Source of the DNA: Candidatus Latescibacterota bacterium
Lineage (GTDB): Bacteria > Latescibacterota > UBA2968 > UBA8231
DNA: 64,000 nucleotides
Direction: 5' to 3'
Assembly (NCBI GenBank): GCA_965217585.1
Contig: OZ244561.1
Span: forward strand, 704,001 to 768,000
The notes beneath the pieces are model-generated. The model was not told the DNA's origin. It did no database searches and saw nothing but the letters and a program-made list of their open reading frames with translations. A program made the position numbers and the translations under genes. Below, one piece after another: positions 1 through 7,678 of this stretch (the stretch's first letter is position 1; each line of letters opens with the position of its first letter).

Positions 1-2
1 TT

Positions 3-2312
3 TATGAAATAAGTTGGTTTCGCTTATTGGTATCTGTTCTGGGTCCTTCGGTTCATTCTTTTTCAATGATGTTAGCCGTATTTTTGATAGGTATTGGCCT
101 TGGTAGCACCACTGGTACCTGGATAACAGGTAAAATCAGTCTTAAAAACGTTTTAATCGCCATGGCGGGTCTCGAAATATTTATAGGCCTAGGCACTTTA
201 CTTACGATTCCCTTTTACGATCTGCTTCCAGAATTTTATGTCCGACTGTTTGTAGAATTAGCTGATTCAAAACCAAATCTAGTATATATACTCGCTCAAA
301 GTCTAATAACTGCTATTGTTGTTTTGCCTGGAACCTTTATTATGGGTTTAATATTTCCAATTACTATAAAAGCGTATCAGGCATCTTCAAAAGACCGTGA
401 GATCCCGGAGGCTACAATTGGCAAACTGTACCTATTCAATACGTTGGGTGCTATTACCGGGAGCTTAATTACAGGTTTCTATCTAGTTCCAATACTTGGT
501 TTTTATAACGCGATCTTGTTGGCTAGTTTTGGAAGTGTTCTACTTGGTTGCATTTTAGTGGCGGCAGGTGTTAAATCGAGTCGTCCCTATTTTAAGATCC
601 AATGGATTACTGGAAGTCTGGCGATTAGTTTGAGTATTATACTCGCTGTTCCAGAACCCGATGCTCGGGAACTAAACTCTGGACTCTGGTATAAAATGTC
701 TAGCAAAAAAAGAACACATTATATTTTGCATGAGCGGGATAAAGAAAAAGAAAAGGAGTTACAGCCCATCTATTATAAAGATGGTATAAACACCGCAGTT
801 TCTATATTGCCCGATATTTCGGGTTATATTGCGCTGATGGTCTCAAATAAGCCGGTGGCAAGTTCGGGATTGCAGGATCAAATTCACCTTTACCTTATAG
901 GTCATCTGCCTGCATTATTTACAAAAAACTTAAAAGATGTTGCAATTATTGGATTGGGAGCAGGCGTATCAGCAGGAGCGGCCCTCAAGCATCCCTCGGT
1001 TGAATCCGTTGATATCATTGAAATTGAACAAGGTGTCGTTGAAGCATCTGAATATTTTTTTAATATTAACAACAACCCTCTTAAAGATCCTAGGACTAAT
1101 CTGATTATTGAGGACGGGCGCATCCATCTTACATATACCGACAAAAAATACGACCTTATCAGCACAGATCCTATTAGCCCCATTTCCGCCGGTGCCGCTA
1201 ACCTATATACGGCAGATTATTTCGCAATAGTTTCGAAGCGTCTGAAGCCTCAGGGAACTTTTTCCCAATGGATTCCAATGTCAGACATGAGCGAAAAAAG
1301 CTTTAAGAGTATTTTAGCTGCTATAAGTAAAAATTTTGCCTATACTTTAGTTTTTTTGGATGAGTTTGATGCCATTATCATCTCTTCTCACCAGCGATTC
1401 GACATCTCTTGGAAGGACTTTGCTCAGCGTTTTAACGAGCCTGCTGTGCATGAGGATTTCAAATCCTTTAAGATTGATTCTCCATTTGCTTTGCTAGCTT
1501 TTCTTTACGGTGGGCCGGATTCGGTTAAAGATTATGTAAGAAATGCAGAGGTTATAAATAGCGATGATAATGTTTGGCTTGAACGCCAGATGCCTGTTGA
1601 TCTATATACAAACAGAGGTCATTCAGTGTCCAATGATTTAATATCTAACTGGGCAAATAGCCGCTTCAATACATTGATTGATTTAATGCCAGATTTGCCT
1701 GTGTCTGACGTGGTGCAAACTTTCGTAGGAAACTCTGATCTCAATTATTATCGCCCACTTTATATCAGGAGTTGGATGAAAAACTGGTATTTTCCAACCT
1801 ATAAGGCATTAATGGTTTATTTTAACCAGAGGCACGATCAGCAAATGCTGGAAAATATGAAAAAATGGCAAATGGAATTGTTAAATACTCTACGAGAACT
1901 AAGAGCGGAGCAGCGCAAGCTCAATTTAGAACTGACAGGCAAAGAAACAACCTATGGTTTAGCGAAATTATATACTCTTGCTGGAGAAAAGGCGGAGAAA
2001 GAGGGGCATTGCGAACGGGCCGAAAAATTTTACAAAAAAAGTATAGATATTCCGAGAGCACCGACTCATTACCGAACTGTCTTGCAGCTAGCAAGGTTAC
2101 TTAAAAAACAGGGCCGGTTTGACGATGCGTTAGGCTATCTGGAAACATTGAAGAACTACTATCCAGCTAAGTCTGCCGCCTATGCTGAAATCATTAAAAT
2201 ATATCAAGCGTCGGGAGATTCAGCCGCCGCTAATAAAACGCTTAAGACCGGATTGTTTTTTGTACCTAAGGCTAAAGCTAAAGAACTAGCGCTGCTTGGC
2301 GGAAATAATTAA
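3..2312 (+). CDS. Membrane-fused spermidine synthase-like (fused MFS/spermidine synthase) protein with C-terminal TPRs; 5'-partial
   Basis: The frame is open from the window edge (YEISWFRLLVSVLGPSVHSF). It has many TM helices, a SAM-binding IIGLGAGVS motif, EIEQGV, EDGR and YDLISTDP motifs, and a TPR-like C-terminus. Confidence 0.85.
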   Translation, partial: YEISWFRLLVSVLGPSVHSFSMMLAVFLIGIGLGSTTGTWITGKISLKNVLIAMAGLEIFIGLGTLLTIPFYDLLPEFYVRLFVELADSKPNLVYILAQSLITAIVVLPGTFIMGLIFPITIKAYQASSKDREIPEATIGKLYLFNTLGAITGSLITGFYLVPILGFYNAILLASFGSVLLGCILVAAGVKSSRPYFKIQWITGSLAISLSIILAVPEPDARELNSGLWYKMSSKKRTHYILHERDKEKEKELQPIYYKDGINTAVSILPDISGYIALMVSNKPVASSGLQDQIHLYLIGHLPALFTKNLKDVAIIGLGAGVSAGAALKHPSVESVDIIEIEQGVVEASEYFFNINNNPLKDPRTNLIIEDGRIHLTYTDKKYDLISTDPISPISAGAANLYTADYFAIVSKRLKPQGTFSQWIPMSDMSEKSFKSILAAISKNFAYTLVFLDEFDAIIISSHQRFDISWKDFAQRFNEPAVHEDFKSFKIDSPFALLAFLYGGPDSVKDYVRNAEVINSDDNVWLERQMPVDLYTNRGHSVSNDLISNWANSRFNTLIDLMPDLPVSDVVQTFVGNSDLNYYRPLYIRSWMKNWYFPTYKALMVYFNQRHDQQMLENMKKWQMELLNTLRELRAEQRKLNLELTGKETTYGLAKLYTLAGEKAEKEGHCERAEKFYKKSIDIPRAPTHYRTVLQLARLLKKQGRFDDALGYLETLKNYYPAKSAAYAEIIKIYQASGDSAAANKTLKTGLFFVPKAKAKELALLGGNN

Positions 2313-2344
2313 CGGGAGTTTTTTTGCTATCATAATAATTTTTC

Positions 2345-2374
2345 TTGACCCCCCAAGGCTCATATATTAATAAT
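2345..2374 (+). promoter_or_regulatory. Degenerate sigma70-like promoter homologous to the one at 4508-4536
   Basis: TTGACC at 2345 followed by an AT-rich -10 region. It shares caag(g/a)ctcatatat with the 4508 promoter. Confidence 0.45.
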
Positions 2375-2401
2375 TAAGGAATAAGGCAAAGTTTAGTTTT
2401 T

Positions 2402-2432
2402 GGGGCGAAATTATATAGTTTCGCCCCTTTTT
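2402..2432 (+). terminator. Intrinsic terminator-like hairpin (copy 1)
   Basis: GGGGCGAAA-ttatatag-TTTCGCCCC followed by TTTTT. Confidence 0.7.
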
Positions 2433-2455
2433 AACCCGACCCGGAAAAAACAGAC

Positions 2456-4426
2456 ATGCTTTTATCCCAATCGACAGGTTATTTTGTCCTTGCGTTGCTG
2501 GGCTTGGCCCTGTTTTCGACGAAGGCTTCCGGCGTCATTATCTACCGAGTCGGCACCCCGTTTGCCGCAGCGGAGAAGGACAGCCTCCAGGACCTGGGGA
2601 TCGACTTTAGAGAAATCAGCTGGTCGTTTTCGGCGCTGGAGGAAGGCCTCGAAGTAGACTCTTTAAGCGCCGGCTCCCTGCAACCCAATTTCTTCGATGA
2701 GGACGAGAATATCGCCCGGACCGCCCTGCTCAGAGGTGGTCGGATAAGCATAAATATCACGGGGCAGGAAAATACCCTATTAGCACAGGTGCTCCTGGAT
2801 GGAGATCCGAGTACGGCTTATGTGTGGCCGGAGGCCACTGGAGTCGCAACGAGGAGCGCCAGGGTAACCCTTGATCTGGGCGGAAAATTCCTCGTCAAGA
2901 AGGTGGGTTTCCGCCCCTTGGCGGAAAATCCGGGACGCTTTATAGAGAACTTCGGGGTTGGTATCGGCAATGAGCTCAAGAACACCTCTTGCGGGCAATG
3001 TATTGCGAGTCTCCCATTGGCAAATATTCAAAAACTGGGCGGCATAGCCTCGGGGCCGAGGATAAACGAGAACACAGATCCTGAGGTCACGGCGCTCCTC
3101 AATCCGCCGGATGGGGTGGAGATCCGCTTTCTCCAACTACATATTGACCGCGTAACCCCCAAGGCGATAGAGCTAGCCGCATTCGAGGTCTTTGGCGGCG
3201 GTTTCGTCAACCAAGCCTCCTATCTATCCGACATCATCGAGCTGGACGACCTCGCCAGTTGGGGCCCCATCTCCTGGTCGGGACGGCAGGATCCCAACGC
3301 CCGGATCGATATCCGCACCCGAACGGGTGCCGACCTGCAGCCGGATATCTTCTGGGAAGCCCGCCCCGAACACCAAGACAGCGTAAAGTACCTCCAAGGC
3401 GGGGGCACCCTCACAGCGAAGGACTACAAAACCCGCTACAACCGGCTCCCCGATGTGTTCAAGCCGGTAGAGCAACGCAACCGGGTCAGTCCCGATACGG
3501 AAAACTGGAGCTTCTGGTCGAGCCCCTACGATTTTGGCAAACCCGGTGCCGATGTGGTCTCTCCCAGTTCGCGCCAATTCATTCAACTCAGCGCCGATTT
3601 TACCTCCACTACCGAGGATGGGGGCAAAATCGACTATATCGAATTCAAAGCCTCCGTGCCACCGGCCGTGCGCGGGATCGTGGGTGAGATCTTCCCGCCC
3701 GAGACCCAGATCGGCGAGGTGACCCAGTTCACCTATTTCATCAAGCCGACCATTCGGGCGGGCGATCAGGGCTTTGACAGCGTGGAGATTGCCACCCCGT
3801 CGGGGTTTACCTCGGTGGATTCGCTGCGCATAGAGGGGGTTGATCAGGCCGATTTCACCTGGACGCCCCAGCCGGACGGACTGGGCTTTGAAGTGCAGTT
3901 GCCGCGCAAGCTAGGGCCAACCGACAGCGGGGCAGTTCTGGAGGTGGTATTCAAGGCCCCGGTGTTGAGAGAAGTGGGCACCTTTTTTGACGGTCGGGTG
4001 TTCGACAGTGCGAAACCGCACGAGGTGCGGCAGCAGATAGAGCCGGGCAATGCCGCTGATGAGGCCGAGAGCGAGCTGCTTTCGGTGAGAACGTCCGTGG
4101 GTCGATCCTTGTTGTTCGCGCCCCGGGTTTTTCCCCGCATCTTTACCCCCAACGGCGATGCCATCAACGAGGTATTGAATATCTCCTACACTCTCTTGCG
4201 GGTCACGGCACCCGTGCCGGTCTCGGTAGCGATCTACGATCTTTCCGGTGCCCTGATAAAGCAGGTGTACGCGGGGGATGACTCCGTTGGCGAGTACGCC
4301 CGAACCTGGGACGGCACCGATGGTTCCAACCGTCGGGTGGTGCCGGGGATCTATCTATATCGCCTAGCCGTGGATCTGCACGCAGAGACGGAAATCAGCA
4401 GCGGTATTATCTCTGTGGTCTATTAG
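2456..4426 (+). CDS. Secreted protein: discoidin/F5-8-like domain, Ig-like domain, FlgD/CHU_C-like C-terminal domain (paralog A)
   Basis: Signal peptide, LDGDPST..W and TLDLGG motifs, and a C-terminal IFTPNGDAINE...IYDLSG..IK...WDGTD...PGIYLY segment. Confidence 0.8.
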   Translation: MLLSQSTGYFVLALLGLALFSTKASGVIIYRVGTPFAAAEKDSLQDLGIDFREISWSFSALEEGLEVDSLSAGSLQPNFFDEDENIARTALLRGGRISINITGQENTLLAQVLLDGDPSTAYVWPEATGVATRSARVTLDLGGKFLVKKVGFRPLAENPGRFIENFGVGIGNELKNTSCGQCIASLPLANIQKLGGIASGPRINENTDPEVTALLNPPDGVEIRFLQLHIDRVTPKAIELAAFEVFGGGFVNQASYLSDIIELDDLASWGPISWSGRQDPNARIDIRTRTGADLQPDIFWEARPEHQDSVKYLQGGGTLTAKDYKTRYNRLPDVFKPVEQRNRVSPDTENWSFWSSPYDFGKPGADVVSPSSRQFIQLSADFTSTTEDGGKIDYIEFKASVPPAVRGIVGEIFPPETQIGEVTQFTYFIKPTIRAGDQGFDSVEIATPSGFTSVDSLRIEGVDQADFTWTPQPDGLGFEVQLPRKLGPTDSGAVLEVVFKAPVLREVGTFFDGRVFDSAKPHEVRQQIEPGNAADEAESELLSVRTSVGRSLLFAPRVFPRIFTPNGDAINEVLNISYTLLRVTAPVPVSVAIYDLSGALIKQVYAGDDSVGEYARTWDGTDGSNRRVVPGIYLYRLAVDLHAETEISSGIISVVY

Positions 4427-4507
4427 GAGGTAGAATTGCTAAACTCAGTGCAAACAAATAAATAGGCCACTTAAGGTGGTTTTTAAAAACTTAGTTTAAT
4501 TTTTTTG

Positions 4508-4536
4508 TTGCTCCTCACAAGACTCATATATATAAT
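4508..4536 (+). promoter_or_regulatory. Sigma70 promoter
   Basis: TTGCTC-17 bp-TATAAT with an AT-rich upstream tract. Confidence 0.7.
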
Positions 4537-4663
4537 AAGGCTTATATATATGGTTTGTACTTTTGCTACCTCCCCGAACATCTGAAAGGAGGTGAGGTTT
4601 AGGAGGAGTAAAAAGTAGCGCTTGCCAAAGTTCCGCACTCATTCAACGGAGGATTTTATTAAG

Positions 4664-5593
4664 ATGAAGAAAACCATGACTTTAGTATTTTTGGTGCTAG
4701 GCTTTGTGCTCTTCACCTTCTCAGTAAGCTCGGCTCACCTGCGGCCAGATGTGAATTTTGCTGCGGTACAGGTGCCCATTGGGGTCGCCGGTATCCAAGA
4801 CTATGTACCAGACGGCGATCTCAGCGAGTGGGAAAACATCCCCTCGATCTTCTGGGTGACCCACGATGATCTGGTAGAAACCGTCAGAAACATCGGAGAT
4901 CCGGATGCCTCTAATCTTGCCGTGAGAGTTATTGTCGGGTGGCACCCGGACACGGACCAGATCATCATGATGGAGGACAGGTTCGACGACGCCTTTTTTG
5001 GCACCCATGATGGTTACCAAGAGACGATCGAGTTTGTCATCGATACCGATCACAGTGCAGATCCTCAGTTCTTCAACGTGCAAGATATCGGTCTCGATCC
5101 GGACAGGTACTCTGGTGCTCTGACGCAGAATTACCGCTACCAGCTATGGAATGAGCCACCAGCGGATTTGTGGCTTTGGGGTGGAGCGCCGTGGGCTGGC
5201 GTGCCTCCCTATGCTGGACTCGGCTGGAGTTTTGACGGCGACCTGAATGGTGGGTCGGGCAACCTGAGCATGGAGATGTACATGACCGCGTTCGATGATT
5301 TGCCCAATCCGAGCACCGGTCCCGACAGTCCGGAAGTGCTCTTCCACGATTTAGTGGAGGGCGAAATCATCGGCCTAGGCTTTGCCCTTCAGGACGCAGA
5401 TGATCCGGAATCGAGCCGTTACAACGGCTATTGGACGAACGGCGGCGACACCGAACTCTACATCAAGGCGACCTCATTGGTCGACTACACGCTGCTTGGC
5501 TGGAATGCCGGTCTATGGGTAGAAGGAGATGACACGGCCTCATCAGTTGAGTCCGATTCTTGGGGCCGCATAAAGTCGACCTTTACCCACTAA
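4664..5593 (+). CDS. Secreted CBM9/DOMON-like sugar-binding-type protein with C-terminal SVESDSWGRIKSTF tail
   Basis: ATG 4664 follows GGAGG. It has a signal peptide (MKKTMTLVFL...SSA), PDGDLSEW and G..IGLGFALQDAD motifs typical of CBM9-like folds, and is acidic and Trp-rich. Confidence 0.7.
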   Translation: MKKTMTLVFLVLGFVLFTFSVSSAHLRPDVNFAAVQVPIGVAGIQDYVPDGDLSEWENIPSIFWVTHDDLVETVRNIGDPDASNLAVRVIVGWHPDTDQIIMMEDRFDDAFFGTHDGYQETIEFVIDTDHSADPQFFNVQDIGLDPDRYSGALTQNYRYQLWNEPPADLWLWGGAPWAGVPPYAGLGWSFDGDLNGGSGNLSMEMYMTAFDDLPNPSTGPDSPEVLFHDLVEGEIIGLGFALQDADDPESSRYNGYWTNGGDTELYIKATSLVDYTLLGWNAGLWVEGDDTASSVESDSWGRIKSTFTH

Positions 5594-5625
5594 GGATTAA
5601 TGTTTGGGAGGGTAAAGCTTAGTTT

Positions 5626-5662
5626 GGGGGGCGAAATTATAGTAGTTTCGCCCCCCTTTTTT
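5626..5662 (+). terminator. Intrinsic terminator hairpin (copy 2)
   Basis: GGGGGGCGAAA...TTTCGCCCCCC followed by TTTTTT, just after the stop of 4664-5593. Confidence 0.8.
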
Positions 5663-5688
5663 AATAACCTAGACCGACAAGAACAGGT

Positions 5689-7650
5689 ATGCTTTTACCC
5701 CAATCGACAGGTTATTTTGTCCTTGCGTTGTTGGGCTTATCCCTGTTTTCGACGGAGGCTTCCGGCGTGATTATCTACCGAGTTGGAAGCCCATTTACCG
5801 CAGCGGAAAAAGACAGTCTCCAGGACCTGGGAATCGACTTTAGAGAACTCGACTGGTCGTTTTCCGAGCTGGAGGAAAGCCTCGAATTGGACTCTTTAAG
5901 CATCGGTTCCCTTCAACCCAATTTCTTCGATGAGGACGAGGACATCGCCCAGACCGCCTTGAGCAGAGGTGGAGAGGTGCACATAACCGTATTCGCGCAT
6001 GAAAACAGCTTGGTCGGGCAGGTGCTCTTGGATGGGGATCCGAGCACGGCTTATGTGTGGGAAGAGGCCGTTGGAGTCAGTTCGCGCCAAGCTAGGGTAA
6101 CCCTCAATCTGGGCGGAAAATTCCTCGTCAAGAAGGTGGGTTTCCGCCCCTTGGCGGAAAATCCGGGACGCTTTTTAGAGAGTTTCAGTGTTGGTGTCAC
6201 CAATGTGCCATTCGAAACTTTCCGCATTCCGACTCTCCCCGCAGTTAATGTTCAAAAACCGGGCGGCACCGCCCCAGGGCCGAGAATAAACGGGAACACA
6301 GATCCTGAGGTCCTCGTCCTCCTCAATCCGCCGGATGGGGTGGAGATCCGTTTTCTCCAGCTAGATATTGACCGCGTAACCCCCAAGGCGATAGAGCTAG
6401 CCGCATTCGAGGTCTTTGGCGGCGGTTTCGTCAACCAAGCCTCCTATCTATCCGACATCATCGAGCTGGACGACCTCGCCAGTTGGGGCCCCATCTCCTG
6501 GTCGGGACGGCAGGATCCCAACGCCCGGATCGATATCCGCACCCGAACGGGTGCCGACCTGCAGCCGGATATCTTCTGGGAAGCCCGCCCCGAACACCAA
6601 GACAGCGTAAAGTACCTCCAAGGTGGAGGCACCCTCACAGCGAAGGACTACAAAACCCGCTACAACCGGCTCCCCGATGTGTTCAAGCCGGTAGAGCAAC
6701 GCAACCGGGTCAGTCCCGATACGGAAAACTGGAGCTTCTGGTCGAGCCCCTACGATTTTGGCAAACCCGGTGCCGATGTGGTCTCTCCCAGTTCGCGCCA
6801 ATTCATTCAACTCAGCGCCGATTTTACCTCCACTACCGAGGATGGGGGCAAAATCGACTATATCGAATTCAAAGCCTCCGTGCCACCGGCCGTGCGCGGG
6901 ATCGTGGGTGAGATCTTCCCGCCCGAGACCCAGATCGGCGAGGTGACCCAGTTCACCTATTTCATCAAGCCGACCATTCGGGCGGGCGATCAGGGCTTTG
7001 ACAGCGTGGAGATTGCCACCCCGTCGGGGTTTACCTCGGTGGATTCGCTGCGCATAGAGGGGGTTGATCAGGCCGATTTCACCTGGACGCCCCAGCCGGA
7101 CGGACTGGGCTTTGAAGTGCAGTTGCCGCGCAAGCTAGGGCCGACTGACAGCGGGGCGGTCTTGGAAGTGGTATTCAAGGCCTCGGTGTTGAGAGCAGTG
7201 GGCACCTTCTTTGACGGCCGGGTGTTCGACAGCACGAAACCGCACGAAGTGCGACAGCAGATAGAGCCGGGCAATGCCGCTGATGAGACCGAGAGCGAGC
7301 TGCTTTCGGTGAGAACGTCCGTGGGTCGATCCTTGTTGTTCGCGCCCCGGGTTTTTCCCCGCACCTTTACCCCCAACGGCGATGCCATCAACGAGGTATT
7401 GAATATCTCCTACACTCTCTTGCGGGTCACGGCACCCGTGCCGGTCTCGGTAGCGATCTACGATCTTTCCGGTGCTCTGATAAAGCAGGTGTATGCCGGC
7501 GACGATCCTATCGGCGAGTACACCCGCTCTTGGGATGGCACCGATGGTTCCAACCGTCGGGTGGTGCCGGGGATCTATCTATACCGCCTAGCGGTAGATC
7601 TGCACACAGAGACGGAAGTCAGCAGCGGTATTATCTCTGTGGTCTATTAG
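5689..7650 (+). CDS. Secreted discoidin-like/Ig-like/FlgD-CHU_C-like CTD protein (paralog A')
   Basis: Close paralog of 2456-4426 with the same motifs. Confidence 0.8.
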   Translation: MLLPQSTGYFVLALLGLSLFSTEASGVIIYRVGSPFTAAEKDSLQDLGIDFRELDWSFSELEESLELDSLSIGSLQPNFFDEDEDIAQTALSRGGEVHITVFAHENSLVGQVLLDGDPSTAYVWEEAVGVSSRQARVTLNLGGKFLVKKVGFRPLAENPGRFLESFSVGVTNVPFETFRIPTLPAVNVQKPGGTAPGPRINGNTDPEVLVLLNPPDGVEIRFLQLDIDRVTPKAIELAAFEVFGGGFVNQASYLSDIIELDDLASWGPISWSGRQDPNARIDIRTRTGADLQPDIFWEARPEHQDSVKYLQGGGTLTAKDYKTRYNRLPDVFKPVEQRNRVSPDTENWSFWSSPYDFGKPGADVVSPSSRQFIQLSADFTSTTEDGGKIDYIEFKASVPPAVRGIVGEIFPPETQIGEVTQFTYFIKPTIRAGDQGFDSVEIATPSGFTSVDSLRIEGVDQADFTWTPQPDGLGFEVQLPRKLGPTDSGAVLEVVFKASVLRAVGTFFDGRVFDSTKPHEVRQQIEPGNAADETESELLSVRTSVGRSLLFAPRVFPRTFTPNGDAINEVLNISYTLLRVTAPVPVSVAIYDLSGALIKQVYAGDDPIGEYTRSWDGTDGSNRRVVPGIYLYRLAVDLHTETEVSSGIISVVY

Positions 7651-7678
7651 TCTTAGTTAATGAAGCGGGTAGCGATCT

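Larger units (their letters stand above)
2393..7650 (+). repeat. Direct duplication: about 2393-4426 vs 5619-7650 (hairpin plus paralog gene)
   Basis: Near-identical DNA at offset 3224 over the 3' 1.3 kb. The 5' part is more diverged, and the upstream hairpin is also duplicated. Confidence 0.95.

Noticed and set aside
2456-7650. Diversity-generating retroelement (TR/VR) as the cause of the duplicate
   Set aside because: There is no reverse transcriptase in the window. Both copies are full ORFs, and the differences include indels and all base types rather than adenine-specific changes.
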